A stretch of 31,121 bases of DNA from a virus (IMGVR_UViG_3300012348_000118:1-31121); one strand, 5' to 3'. Positions 15,347 through 24,704 are shown, numbered from the stretch's first letter. Numbers and translations are program-made. Notes: generated from the letters alone by a model not told the origin.

Positions 15347-15931
15347 ATGGTAAAAGAAGACGAACGCGCACAAATCCTCGATAGGGTCGCTCAATTGCGA
15401 GCATCGGGGAAAAGCATCAGTGAAGCTGCACGACTGGTGAATTGCACCAGGGCAACGATATCCCGCTGGCTCAATGAAGCTGGTCAAGGCGGACATCAGT
15501 TTCCAGGTGAAGTCGCATACACATACGACGAGAAGAAATCAATCATCATCGATGTGGCAGAACAGATTGCCGATGGCGTAAGTCGCAGGGAAGCAATCGC
15601 ATTAAGTGGCATCGATCACAAACGTTTCATGAAGTGGTTGACTAGTGAGCCATCACTTCGAGTGGAGTTTCACGTCCATTGTGGCAAATCGCCAAATATT
15701 GGCAATACACCGAATTCGCATACGCGCAAAGGATTCGACTTTATCCTGGAACACATTCGTGATGGCAAAGCAGTACAGCGTGATGGTGCCAGATGGAAGG
15801 TACAGCTCGTAGACAGTGCGCTGATGCGCTACGAACTCGATGGCGCGAATACATGGCGCTGTAAAGGATTCGCCACATTCAGTGGTCCTGATGTCCTGGC
15901 TAAAGATTGGACAATAATCGATGAAATTTGA
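15347..15931 (+). CDS. Tandem HTH protein with C-terminal DUF2829/Tad2-like domain (194 aa)
   Basis: HTH1 GKSISEAARLVNCTRATISRW; HTH2 GVSRREAIALSGIDHKRFMKW; C-terminus FDFILEHIRDGKAVQR...DVLAKDWTII. Confidence 0.7.
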   Translation: MVKEDERAQILDRVAQLRASGKSISEAARLVNCTRATISRWLNEAGQGGHQFPGEVAYTYDEKKSIIIDVAEQIADGVSRREAIALSGIDHKRFMKWLTSEPSLRVEFHVHCGKSPNIGNTPNSHTRKGFDFILEHIRDGKAVQRDGARWKVQLVDSALMRYELDGANTWRCKGFATFSGPDVLAKDWTIIDEI

Positions 15932-16166
15932 AGAAGTAATACAGCCTTTGATGCATGGCAAGCCAATCACTCGCGCATCGTGGGACCATGAGTTATACAT
16001 TCGGTATGCCGACATTTTCGAGGCATTCGTGATGCATACGGGTGGTGAGTCGAAGACCTTACAAGGTCTTACACTGGATCCTGAATCCATGTTCGCGGAT
16101 GACTGGATGCATGGTGAGTTCCATCCTGTAAAGGACGAAATCAAATGGACACAGACAAAGTCGTAA
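15921..16166 (+). CDS. DUF2829/Tad2-like small protein (81 aa)
   Basis: MKFEEVIQPLMHGKPITRASW...SMFADDW matches the MxF.EA...L..GK...R..W...D.LA.DW pattern. Confidence 0.7.
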   Translation: MKFEEVIQPLMHGKPITRASWDHELYIRYADIFEAFVMHTGGESKTLQGLTLDPESMFADDWMHGEFHPVKDEIKWTQTKS

Positions 16167-16501
16167 GGAGCATCATGGCGAAGCCATGGGCAAACACCTA
16201 CAGCCTACTCAAAGCAATCGGGGCATCGAGTCAGGTTATCGACGAGACATGGCGCGACTATCGTCGCAAGTACATGCGCTCACAGCGATGGCAGGATATT
16301 CGCACCAAAGCACTCGAGCGCAGCTGTAGGACTTGTGAGCAGTGTGGCCGTCGACAGGACGATGGCTACAAGCTCGACGTGCATCATGTGACCTACATCC
16401 GACTCGGCGGTGAGTTGATGGAAGATGTCCAGGTGCTGTGCTACATGTGCCACGGACAAATGCACTATCGACGCAAAGTGCGCCAGGATGCGCCAGAATA
16501 G
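16145..16501 (+). CDS. HNH endonuclease (terminase-adjacent)
   Basis: YMRSQRW..IR..ALER...TCEQCG...LDVHHVTY.RLG.E...DVQVLCYMCH. Confidence 0.88.
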   Translation: MDTDKVVRSIMAKPWANTYSLLKAIGASSQVIDETWRDYRRKYMRSQRWQDIRTKALERSCRTCEQCGRRQDDGYKLDVHHVTYIRLGGELMEDVQVLCYMCHGQMHYRRKVRQDAPE

Positions 16502-16505
16502 ACAC

Positions 16506-16895
16506 ATGGCACGAGGTAACACAACAGATCCGGAGATTCTTGCACAGGTAGAATCAGCGCTCATCGCCGGTCAAAGTCCATCCGTGATTGCACGGTCGTG
16601 TGGTCTACCACGCACGACCATCATTTCCATCAGGGACAGAATGAAGGCTCCTGTCGAAGGAAGTCGACACGATATCAGCTCGACGATACTTCCGACAAAG
16701 TCTCTTGATGACCTGCTGACTTCGGTACTCGAGGACAGCCTGAAGGCGCTCCAGGCTATAGCACGAACGGCGCAAAGTGAGAGGTACATCAATGGTCAAT
16801 CAGCTGCCCAAATTGCAGCTCTCCATGAGCGCATTGCGAACTTCTCGATTCAACTTCTCTCCGCCGCAGCAGAACCAGCCGAAGACCAGAACTAG
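16506..16895 (+). CDS. Putative terminase small subunit
   Basis: N-terminal HTH (GQSPSVIARSCGLPRTTI) and helical C-terminus, directly upstream of TerL. Start placed at MARGNTT. Confidence 0.7.
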   Translation: MARGNTTDPEILAQVESALIAGQSPSVIARSCGLPRTTIISIRDRMKAPVEGSRHDISSTILPTKSLDDLLTSVLEDSLKALQAIARTAQSERYINGQSAAQIAALHERIANFSIQLLSAAAEPAEDQN

Positions 16896-18222
16896 CGCAC
16901 AAACGTCGACCTGTTATCTCGACTACCTTCGAGACACGCTCCCGGCTGGATGGTCATACACTGCACGTCATCTCATCGCCATCGCTTCGCACCTGGACGC
17001 TGTCGAGCGCGGTGAGATTGACCGACTCGCGATTCACATGCCACCACGTCACGGGAAGACCGAGACGGTCACGGTTCGTTATGGCGCCTATTGCATCGAG
17101 CGGGACCCGGGCGCGAACGTGTTGGTCACGGCGTACAACGAACGCATCGCGAGACGCTTCTCGAGGAAGTCACGACAGATTGTTTCGTCCAGGACAAAGC
17201 TCTCGAAGGACAACGCCGCACAGGACGAATGGTCAATGCCGGAAGGAGGAACATTCATGGCGAGGGGCGTCGGCAGTCCTCCGACTGGTGTGGGATTCAG
17301 GCGCATCATCATCGATGACCCGATCAGGAGTCGCGAGGATGCCGAATCTGCGTTGTTTCGTGACAAAGCGTGGGACTGGTACACGGATGACCTCTACACG
17401 CGCCTCGAACCCAAGGGCGCTCTCATCATCGTCTCGACCAGGTGGCATCACGATGACATAACCGCTCGCGCAATCTCATCGGAACCTCATCGATGGACAG
17501 TCCTAAACCTGCCGGCAATCGCGGAGGAATCTGACAAAATCGGTCGAATGCCTGGCGAAGCTTTGTGGCCAGAACGCTATGACGTGAAGGAACTCGGACG
17601 CATCAAGGAGGTCATGGTCGCGAACAGCGGTGACTATGGCTGGAGCGCTTTGTACCAGCAACATCCAACACCTCGCGAAGGTTCATTCTTCAAGACTGAA
17701 CGCATCACCATCGAGCAGGCGACACCGAACATCCAGAAGATGTCTCGCGCCTGGGACCTCGCAGCCACAGCGGGAAGTGGAGACTACACCGTTGGCGTGA
17801 AGATGGGGCGTGATACTGATGGTCGCATCTGGATTCTCGACATTGTGCGTGGACAATATGACACTGACCAGCGGGATAAACTCATACAGCAGACAGCTGC
17901 ACTTGATGGCAGATCTGTGAGAGTAAGATTGCCACAGGACCCCGGGCAGGCTGGCAAGAGTCAAGCGATGCACATGCTTCGGCTCCTGCATGGAAGTTCT
18001 GTCAGCATCAAGCCAGTGACTGGTGCGAAGGATACGCGAGCGGAACCGTTCGCGAGTCAGGTCGCTGGTGGAAACGTGTACATGGTCACAGCTTCGTGGA
18101 ACAAGCAACTGCTCGATGAGCTTCGCGTATTTCCACTGGGGAAGAATGATGACATCGTCGATGCTTTGACTGATGCGTACGACGAGCTGGTCGGTCGTGG
18201 CGGTGGATGGGGTGCATTGTAA
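16825..18222 (+). CDS. terL: Terminase large subunit (start uncertain: 16777/16792/16825)
   Basis: Walker A MPPRHGKT, Walker B IIIDDP, STRWHHDD, ALYQQHP, RNaseH-like AWDLAAT and NDDIVDA. Confidence 0.95.
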   Translation: MSALRTSRFNFSPPQQNQPKTRTSAQTSTCYLDYLRDTLPAGWSYTARHLIAIASHLDAVERGEIDRLAIHMPPRHGKTETVTVRYGAYCIERDPGANVLVTAYNERIARRFSRKSRQIVSSRTKLSKDNAAQDEWSMPEGGTFMARGVGSPPTGVGFRRIIIDDPIRSREDAESALFRDKAWDWYTDDLYTRLEPKGALIIVSTRWHHDDITARAISSEPHRWTVLNLPAIAEESDKIGRMPGEALWPERYDVKELGRIKEVMVANSGDYGWSALYQQHPTPREGSFFKTERITIEQATPNIQKMSRAWDLAATAGSGDYTVGVKMGRDTDGRIWILDIVRGQYDTDQRDKLIQQTAALDGRSVRVRLPQDPGQAGKSQAMHMLRLLHGSSVSIKPVTGAKDTRAEPFASQVAGGNVYMVTASWNKQLLDELRVFPLGKNDDIVDALTDAYDELVGRGGGWGAL

Positions 18223-18247
18223 TCGATGATGGGAACACAATAGACAT

Positions 18248-20134
18248 ATGGGACTCTTTGACCGCTTTCTCGGAAAAGCAACGGCCTCGCCATCTGCACT
18301 GCTTCCGCCTCCGCTGATTCAGCGACAGACGTCCTATTTCACCGGCACAGGTAACGGTGATTTCTGGTCCCTGCTGACACGCAACCTCCCAGGCTCAAAC
18401 TATAACTGGAGGAATCAGGCCGGCGACTTGATGCTCAACAGCATCGTGGCCATTGGCATGGACTGGTACATCCGCAACTGGTCGCAGGGTGTTCCTGTCG
18501 TTCGGCGTCCGATGCCTGATGGACAGGTCGAGAATGTCTCAGACCACCCTGTCATACAGCTACTCTCACAACCGACGCCGAATGTCCCGCCTTCATTGGT
18601 GTGGTCGTGGATTATCCCTGACTATCAACTCCTTGGAAATGCCTATTTCCGGAAGGTGCGTGTTTCTGGTCGCGTCGTTGGTTTGCAATACCTCGCGGCT
18701 GACATGGTGCGTCCTGTTGGCAATAAGGTGAACCCGTTACTTTATTACCAGTACACGGTCGATGGCACATCCTACAATGTCGCGCTCGAGGACATGATTC
18801 ACATCCGGTACGGTCGAGATCCACAAGATTCGCGATTCGGTCGCTCTCCTGTGACATCTGTTCTTCGCGAGATTGCCACAGACAACGTGGCTGCAAGTGC
18901 CGCATTCGGCATGGTGCGACACGGTGGCATGCCATCGATGATGGTTGGACCAGACTACAAGGGCGGTGTCGAAGACCTAAGCGAAGACGATGCACGTCAG
19001 ACAAAGGCGAAGCTACAGCAGGACTTCACGGGCGACAGTGCAGGTTCTGTCCTGGTGATGACTGGACCATTCAAGGTGGAGAAGGTCAGCCACAAACCAT
19101 CCGAGATGGCGTTCGATGAGATTCGTCGCAAACCGGAGGAGCGTGTCTGTGCTGCCATCGGTCTCAATCCGTTGGTCCTTCAACTCGGTAGCGGTCTCGA
19201 GAGAGCCACATACAGCAACCTCGAGCAGGCTACACGTTCGGCATGGACCGACGGAATGATTCCGCTGATGCGTCAGATGGCCGAAGCTTTGACCATCGCA
19301 CTCCTGCCAGACTACGAAGAGACTCAGCCAGGTGATTATCTCGAGTTCGATGTGACGAATGTGCCGGCGCTTCAGGCTGACTTGAACGAGGACGCTGAAC
19401 GCGCTGAGAGATTGTATAAGGCTGGCATTGTGGACCTCGCAACTGCCAAGCGTGTCGCAGGTGTCGCTCCTTCGGATGACGACGAAGGTTATTATCATCC
19501 GACTGCTGTACCAGTGCAGATCGGCGCTCAGGAACTTCTGGTCCCTGATGCTGCGCCAGTATCGACAGATCGAACTGCCGATGAGACTGCAAAGCTGGTC
19601 GGCGCTGCTGGTGCTTTGATTCGTGCTGGCTTTGAGCCAGAGGCGGCACTTCAGGCTGTCGGCCTGAATCCTATCCAGCACCTCGGTCTGCTACCTGTTA
19701 CCGTACGCGAAGAGACCAAAGCATTCGATGATGCATCTGAGCCAGGACTGAAGTTCTTTCCTTCTAAAGAGATGAAGGAGGAAGCACAACGCGCCATTGA
19801 GTGGCGTGATGCTGGTCACGATGGTGGAACCTCTGTCGCATGGGCGAGAGCAAACCAGATCATCAGCGGTGAGAAACTCAGCGAGTCGACTGTCCTTCGC
19901 ATGTACAGTTTCTTTCGACGTCACGAAGTAGACAAGCAGGCGCAAGGATTCCGACCAGGCGAGGAAGGTTATCCATCCGCTGGTCGTGTGGCATGGGCTG
20001 CATGGGGTGGCGATGCTGGCTATCGCTGGGCTACAGCTGCGCGTAAAGAGATCCTTAAGCGCATGGCACCGAAGGAGAATGGCAAAAGTTATCATCCATA
20101 CTATGGTTACGAGCTGACAGACGCCGATGCCTGA
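18248..20134 (+). CDS. HK97-type portal protein with C-terminal extension (628 aa)
   Basis: HPVIQLL..P, LLGNAY, MIHIRY...GRSPV and ATYSNLEQ motifs. Follows TerL. Confidence 0.92.
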   Translation: MGLFDRFLGKATASPSALLPPPLIQRQTSYFTGTGNGDFWSLLTRNLPGSNYNWRNQAGDLMLNSIVAIGMDWYIRNWSQGVPVVRRPMPDGQVENVSDHPVIQLLSQPTPNVPPSLVWSWIIPDYQLLGNAYFRKVRVSGRVVGLQYLAADMVRPVGNKVNPLLYYQYTVDGTSYNVALEDMIHIRYGRDPQDSRFGRSPVTSVLREIATDNVAASAAFGMVRHGGMPSMMVGPDYKGGVEDLSEDDARQTKAKLQQDFTGDSAGSVLVMTGPFKVEKVSHKPSEMAFDEIRRKPEERVCAAIGLNPLVLQLGSGLERATYSNLEQATRSAWTDGMIPLMRQMAEALTIALLPDYEETQPGDYLEFDVTNVPALQADLNEDAERAERLYKAGIVDLATAKRVAGVAPSDDDEGYYHPTAVPVQIGAQELLVPDAAPVSTDRTADETAKLVGAAGALIRAGFEPEAALQAVGLNPIQHLGLLPVTVREETKAFDDASEPGLKFFPSKEMKEEAQRAIEWRDAGHDGGTSVAWARANQIISGEKLSESTVLRMYSFFRRHEVDKQAQGFRPGEEGYPSAGRVAWAAWGGDAGYRWATAARKEILKRMAPKENGKSYHPYYGYELTDADA

Positions 20135-21152
20135 TATCTACCAAGTAAACGAGTCGTATCGGAATAAACTCCGATATCGTGAGAATGTCGCACTCGCGGA
20201 GATGCGCCGAACATACGGTGTTCTACAGGCTGACAACCTCCAGCGCCTCGAAGCGGTGACAATCGCCATCGAGGAAGCACAGGCAGCAGGTGAGGACATC
20301 AGTGGCCTCAGCGAGTACATGCTCCGCCTCGAGGCTCTCAACACTCAGATGGCCGAGCAGGTCACGCGCTGGGCGCCACAAGCGACCGACATCGCAACAG
20401 GCGGACAACGACGTGCTATTCAGTTGTCGCTCGACATTCAGGAGGACCTTGTGCGAGCGGTTGCCGGTATTCCTGATTCGGTTTCGCTCACTGCCGATCT
20501 GATGTGGAACAGGCTCCCTGTGGAAGCAATCACGAACGTGGTCGGCTTCGCGGCTGATGGTTCACCACTCGGTCTGCTGTTTGATGCCATCGGACCTTTC
20601 TCGGCTGACCATGTCACCATCGGCATTGCACAAGGTCTCAATCCTCTCCAGGTCGCACGACGCATGGCGCGGACATACGAAACGCTTGCACCATCACGAG
20701 CTGCTACCATCGCACGAACAGAGATGATTCGAGCAAACCGAGAAGCACAGCGCCAGACGTTCGAGGCGAATCTGAGCATCGTTCGTGGATGGTGTCGCAT
20801 CTCAGCGGGGGATGTAAACGTGTGTCCAGTGTGCTGGTCACTTCACGGTGACCCGAACCCTGTTGCGGATATAGTTCCTTCGCATCCAAACTGTAGATGT
20901 ACGATCGTCCCAATCACTCCGACGTATGCTGAACTCGCAGGACTTCCACCAGGGAGTTTCGATGAGCCGGAAGAACTTCCGACCAAAGATGAGCAGTTCC
21001 GTATGCTGAGTGAGGCGGAACGTCGGCAGGTCTTAGGGCCTTCGCGGTATCGTTTGTGGGAGACAGGTACACCTCTCAGTGCATTCGGTAAAGTAGTTCC
21101 GAATGAACAGTGGGGGCCACAGGCTGTGGTCGTACCAGTGAAGGATTTATGA
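20127..21152 (+). CDS. Minor head / head morphogenesis protein (SPP1 gp7, Mu gpF-like)
   Basis: RAATIARTE, CPVCWSLHG and PSHPNCRCTIVP. Confidence 0.9.
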   Translation: MPDIYQVNESYRNKLRYRENVALAEMRRTYGVLQADNLQRLEAVTIAIEEAQAAGEDISGLSEYMLRLEALNTQMAEQVTRWAPQATDIATGGQRRAIQLSLDIQEDLVRAVAGIPDSVSLTADLMWNRLPVEAITNVVGFAADGSPLGLLFDAIGPFSADHVTIGIAQGLNPLQVARRMARTYETLAPSRAATIARTEMIRANREAQRQTFEANLSIVRGWCRISAGDVNVCPVCWSLHGDPNPVADIVPSHPNCRCTIVPITPTYAELAGLPPGSFDEPEELPTKDEQFRMLSEAERRQVLGPSRYRLWETGTPLSAFGKVVPNEQWGPQAVVVPVKDL

Positions 21153-22138
21153 TGCAGACTCTGGTGTCCTTTGGTGATGCAATCAAGGCCGATGACAAGG
21201 GCCGTGTTCGTGGTTACCTGGTGCGCTTTGGTGGCGCTGACCTCGAGGGCGACTACTTCACTGCGTCCACAGACTTTGGTCGACCGATGAAGTCTGGCGA
21301 TCGTGTTCCGATGAACCTGTACTATCATCACGGCCAGGACAAAACCATCGGGAAGTCCAGCATCGGTAGTGGCTACATCACCATGGATGACAAGGGCCTA
21401 TGGTACGAAGCTCAGATTCAGATGGCTGACGAATACCAGAAGATGATTGCCGACCTCGCGAAGTCTGGCAAACTTGGCTATTCCTCCGGCGCCACAGGTC
21501 ACATGGTCGAGCGTCGCAAGAGTGCAGATGGTCGCTATGAAATCACACGCTGGCCAATCGGTGAGGCATCGCTCACACCGACACCAGCCGAGCCGATGAA
21601 CATGGTCAAGAGTCTCAAGGACATGTATGGCGAGATGGAGGATGGTATGGAAGAAGAAGAGATGATTATCCCTGTCACGCCTGGTGAGGATGTCGCAACC
21701 TTCGTGGAGTCTGTCTATGGCGATCTCGACAAGGAGATGGTCCACGAAGGACTCGAGGCGCTTTACGAGCGTCTATGTGCGGGAGTAACAGCTGCATATG
21801 ACAGTGGTCTCGGCAGTGGACATGTGGATGCCATCATCGATGCATTCGCAGTTCGCGCCAAGGAACTGAACAGCAAAGTAAAGGACCCGGTCGCTGAAGC
21901 GCAAAGCCTCAAGGCTATGCTCGAGCGTCCTACGTCCATCCGAGAAGTGGAGCGACGTCTGCGAGATGCAGTTCGTCTCTCACGTAGCGAGTCGACAAGA
22001 TTCGCCAAAACCATCTGGGCTGAGCTTCGGGATGAAGCGCCGGCAGAAGATGTTTCCATCGTCGAATACTCGAGCGACATCGAGGATGCGAAGTCCGCAC
22101 TCCTCCGCGAGCTCATGATCTTGGAGTTAAGTCAATGA
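21149..22138 (+). CDS. Prohead protease with C-terminal scaffold-like region
   Basis: GYLVRFG..DLEGD, YYHH, DDKGLWYEA, GYSSGA and EASLTPTPAEP. ATGA coupling at 21149. Confidence 0.88.
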   Translation: MMQTLVSFGDAIKADDKGRVRGYLVRFGGADLEGDYFTASTDFGRPMKSGDRVPMNLYYHHGQDKTIGKSSIGSGYITMDDKGLWYEAQIQMADEYQKMIADLAKSGKLGYSSGATGHMVERRKSADGRYEITRWPIGEASLTPTPAEPMNMVKSLKDMYGEMEDGMEEEEMIIPVTPGEDVATFVESVYGDLDKEMVHEGLEALYERLCAGVTAAYDSGLGSGHVDAIIDAFAVRAKELNSKVKDPVAEAQSLKAMLERPTSIREVERRLRDAVRLSRSESTRFAKTIWAELRDEAPAEDVSIVEYSSDIEDAKSALLRELMILELSQ

Positions 22139-23430
22139 CAATCGAACAACTCGAAGGACAGCGCCAGTCTACAATTGCTGCCGCTAAGGAAGTCCTCATC
22201 AACGGCGGAGATATGGCCGAAGCCAATCGCCTCCACGCAAATGCAAAGTCTCTCTCTGAGCGCATCGAAATGCTCAAGGAGTTCGGCAATGTACCTGCTC
22301 CAGTCGCATCCGACGCACCAAAGTCTGAGCCATGGAAGTCCGGCGGAGTAACGAAGAATCCATTCCCTGGAACTCGTGACGAAGCAAACTTCAAGGCCTA
22401 TGCATTCGGCCAGTGGATTCGTGGTACGGTCCTCGGAAATGCAAAGGCTGCAAAGTGGTGTGCTGAGAACGGCATCAAGTCGCAGACTGAAGGTGACAAC
22501 GGCGCTGGTGGATACACCGTTCCTGAAATCGTTTCGTCCAGCCTCATCTGGCTCCGCAACGAATACGGTGTTGCACGTCGCTACAGCCGCATCTACCCGA
22601 TGACGTCTGACACGCTGAACGTTCCAAACGCCAGCACTTCGACAACCACGTATTACCCGAACGAAGCAACCGCAATCACTGCGTCTGACATCGCCTTTAC
22701 ACAGGTTCAGTTGCTGGCGAAGAAACTCGCCATCCTGACCATCGTGTCCAAGGAACTCAACGAAGACACCGTCATTGATTTCGGTGCTGCTTTGGCACAG
22801 GATTTCGCATACGGTCTTGCACAGGCTGAGGATGCAGCTGCATTCCAGGGCGACGGCACCAGCACGTATGGTTCCATCACTGGAATCATGCCACGCATCA
22901 AGGCACTCTCTGGAACCTATTCCAGCATCGCCTCGATGGTCGTTGGTCCTTCCGGTTCACAGACCAACCTCTCCAGCTTTACCCTCGCGAACTGGCAGAG
23001 CATGGTCGCAAAGTTGCCACAATACGCAACACAGCCACGATGGTACATGCATAAGAGCGTGTTCTATAACGGCTGTGCGGACAAACTCATCGCACTCGGT
23101 GGAAACAGCATCATGGACATCCAGAATGCCTATGGTCCTGAACCAACACTGTTCGGTATCCCGATCAGCTTCGTTCAGAACATGCCATCCGCAACCGCTG
23201 CAAACCGTACGCTCGCAGTCCTCGGAGACCTCTCCAAGGGTGTCGCATTCGGTGACCGCCGTGGCGTCAGCGTGGAAGTTTCTGATCAGGTCAAGTTTGT
23301 TGAGGATGCGTTGACCTTCAAAGCCACGGAGCGGTACGCGTTCAATGCGTTCGATGTCGGAAACGTCACCGCAACCGTTGCCGATCAGGTTCCTGGTTCG
23401 CTCATCGTTCTTCAGGCAGCTGCAAGCTAG
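22135..23430 (+). CDS. Major capsid protein, HK97 fold
   Basis: N-terminal coiled coil, GGYTVPE, KKLA....VSKEL.ED, GDGT, TLFGIPI and LGDLS. Confidence 0.93.
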   Translation: MTIEQLEGQRQSTIAAAKEVLINGGDMAEANRLHANAKSLSERIEMLKEFGNVPAPVASDAPKSEPWKSGGVTKNPFPGTRDEANFKAYAFGQWIRGTVLGNAKAAKWCAENGIKSQTEGDNGAGGYTVPEIVSSSLIWLRNEYGVARRYSRIYPMTSDTLNVPNASTSTTTYYPNEATAITASDIAFTQVQLLAKKLAILTIVSKELNEDTVIDFGAALAQDFAYGLAQAEDAAAFQGDGTSTYGSITGIMPRIKALSGTYSSIASMVVGPSGSQTNLSSFTLANWQSMVAKLPQYATQPRWYMHKSVFYNGCADKLIALGGNSIMDIQNAYGPEPTLFGIPISFVQNMPSATAANRTLAVLGDLSKGVAFGDRRGVSVEVSDQVKFVEDALTFKATERYAFNAFDVGNVTATVADQVPGSLIVLQAAAS

Positions 23431-23450
23431 TCAGTAGGACTCTCGTCCAC

Positions 23451-23487
23451 AAAGGGGAGCGGGGTATCCCGTTCCTCTTTTTCTTTT
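23451..23487 (+). terminator. Intrinsic terminator after capsid gene
   Basis: AAAGGGGAGCGGG-GTAT-CCCGTTCCTCTTT followed by TTCTTTT. Confidence 0.85.
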
Positions 23488-23498
23488 AGGAAGTACAC

Positions 23499-23987
23499 AT
23501 GCCACTCACTAGGACTCAAGCACTCGAACGCCTCGCATGGATGGTCGCATCTGACCAGTACCCGTTCCTGGACAGCACAGCACTACAGCAGCTCGTGGAT
23601 GACCACGCTCGCTGGACTGTCTGGACTGCGTCGACAGCCTATGTGTATGGCGACATTATCATCCCGACTGTAGCAAATGGCAGACTCTACAAGTGCATCA
23701 TCGCTGGTACATCAGACACGACTGAGCCGGAGTTTCCGCAACTTGCATACAATAGCCTCTACACCATCAATGATGGCTCAGGTGACCTGCAATGGCAGGA
23801 CATCGGACCAGCGAACGTGGAGCGATATGACATCCGCGCAGCTGCACGACAGGGATGGATTCGCAAAGCATCAAGCATCACGCACCTCATTGACGTGAAG
23901 GATGGTCAAGTGGATGCGAAGATGGCTGGACTCCGTGAGCATTGTCTCGACCAGGCGAAGCGGTACAGCCCGATGGTGTTCGTATGA
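23499..23987 (+). CDS. Head-tail adaptor-like protein with inserted carbohydrate-binding-like module
   Basis: Position after the capsid gene. Helical ends (YDIRAAARQGWIRKA) flank WTASTAY..GD...NGRLYKC..AGTS...EP. Confidence 0.65.
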   Translation: MPLTRTQALERLAWMVASDQYPFLDSTALQQLVDDHARWTVWTASTAYVYGDIIIPTVANGRLYKCIIAGTSDTTEPEFPQLAYNSLYTINDGSGDLQWQDIGPANVERYDIRAAARQGWIRKASSITHLIDVKDGQVDAKMAGLREHCLDQAKRYSPMVFV

Positions 23988-24364
23988 TTCCAGCACAATA
24001 TGCAACCGCACTAAAAAACGCCATCACGAACTACGCGTACGCTGACCGTGTGCAGATCTGGCGAGCAGTCAATCAGGCAGATGGCATTGGAGGCATCGGC
24101 CAGCACTGGATACAGGTCGCCGAGATTCGCGCGACTATAACCAACACGGGTGATTCCGAGGCTGTCGTCGGTGGCATGATTGAGATTGGTGGCTCATGGA
24201 CGCTGACGTGTTCACCTGACCTTGAAGTCAAGTCGAATGACAGAATCTACACGTCGGGCAATCCGCAGAACCTCGCGCCATACTACGAAGTCATCGGCAG
24301 TGACTATGGTCACAGCAATGCCGTGAGCCAGACCATCGGCCTTCGGTATCGTTCCAACGGATAG
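23984..24364 (+). CDS. Head closure / stopper protein
   Basis: ATGA coupling; DRVQI......DGIGG...W and DRI....YEVIG patterns. Confidence 0.72.
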   Translation: MIPAQYATALKNAITNYAYADRVQIWRAVNQADGIGGIGQHWIQVAEIRATITNTGDSEAVVGGMIEIGGSWTLTCSPDLEVKSNDRIYTSGNPQNLAPYYEVIGSDYGHSNAVSQTIGLRYRSNG

Positions 24365-24403
24365 CGCACGTATTCGCACGTATTCGCACGTAACCGCTCG
24401 TAT
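24365..24403. repeat. 10-bp tandem repeat CGCACGTATT, about 4 units
   Basis: CGCACGTATT CGCACGTATT CGCACGTAAC CGCTCGTAT immediately after the stop codon. Confidence 0.85.
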
Positions 24404-24476
24404 ACCCAGTGCGTGGTGGTACGCATCGACATTATCGCACCATGATAAGTCATAAGATGTACAGTGGAGTGAAGGT

Positions 24477-24704
24477 ATGACAGTCGAGGTCGTTGTAGCA
24501 CTGGTCGGACAATTAGTCCTGGTATTAGGAGCCGTCATCGGAACCTATACGAAACTACAGGTCAGTATCAATGTCCTGAACGTTGAGCTGAAAAACGTAA
24601 ACAGCGTACTCACTGGACAGGCACAGGAAGTTCGGCGCATCGAGGAACGCCTCGGTAAACTCGAGAGCCGTGTCGCGATGATAGAAGGATCACTACAAAG
24701 ATGA
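24477..24704 (+). CDS. Membrane-anchored coiled-coil protein (lysis-associated candidate)
   Basis: N-terminal hydrophobic helix followed by the heptad coil IEERLGKLESRVAMIEG. Confidence 0.65.
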   Translation: MTVEVVVALVGQLVLVLGAVIGTYTKLQVSINVLNVELKNVNSVLTGQAQEVRRIEERLGKLESRVAMIEGSLQR

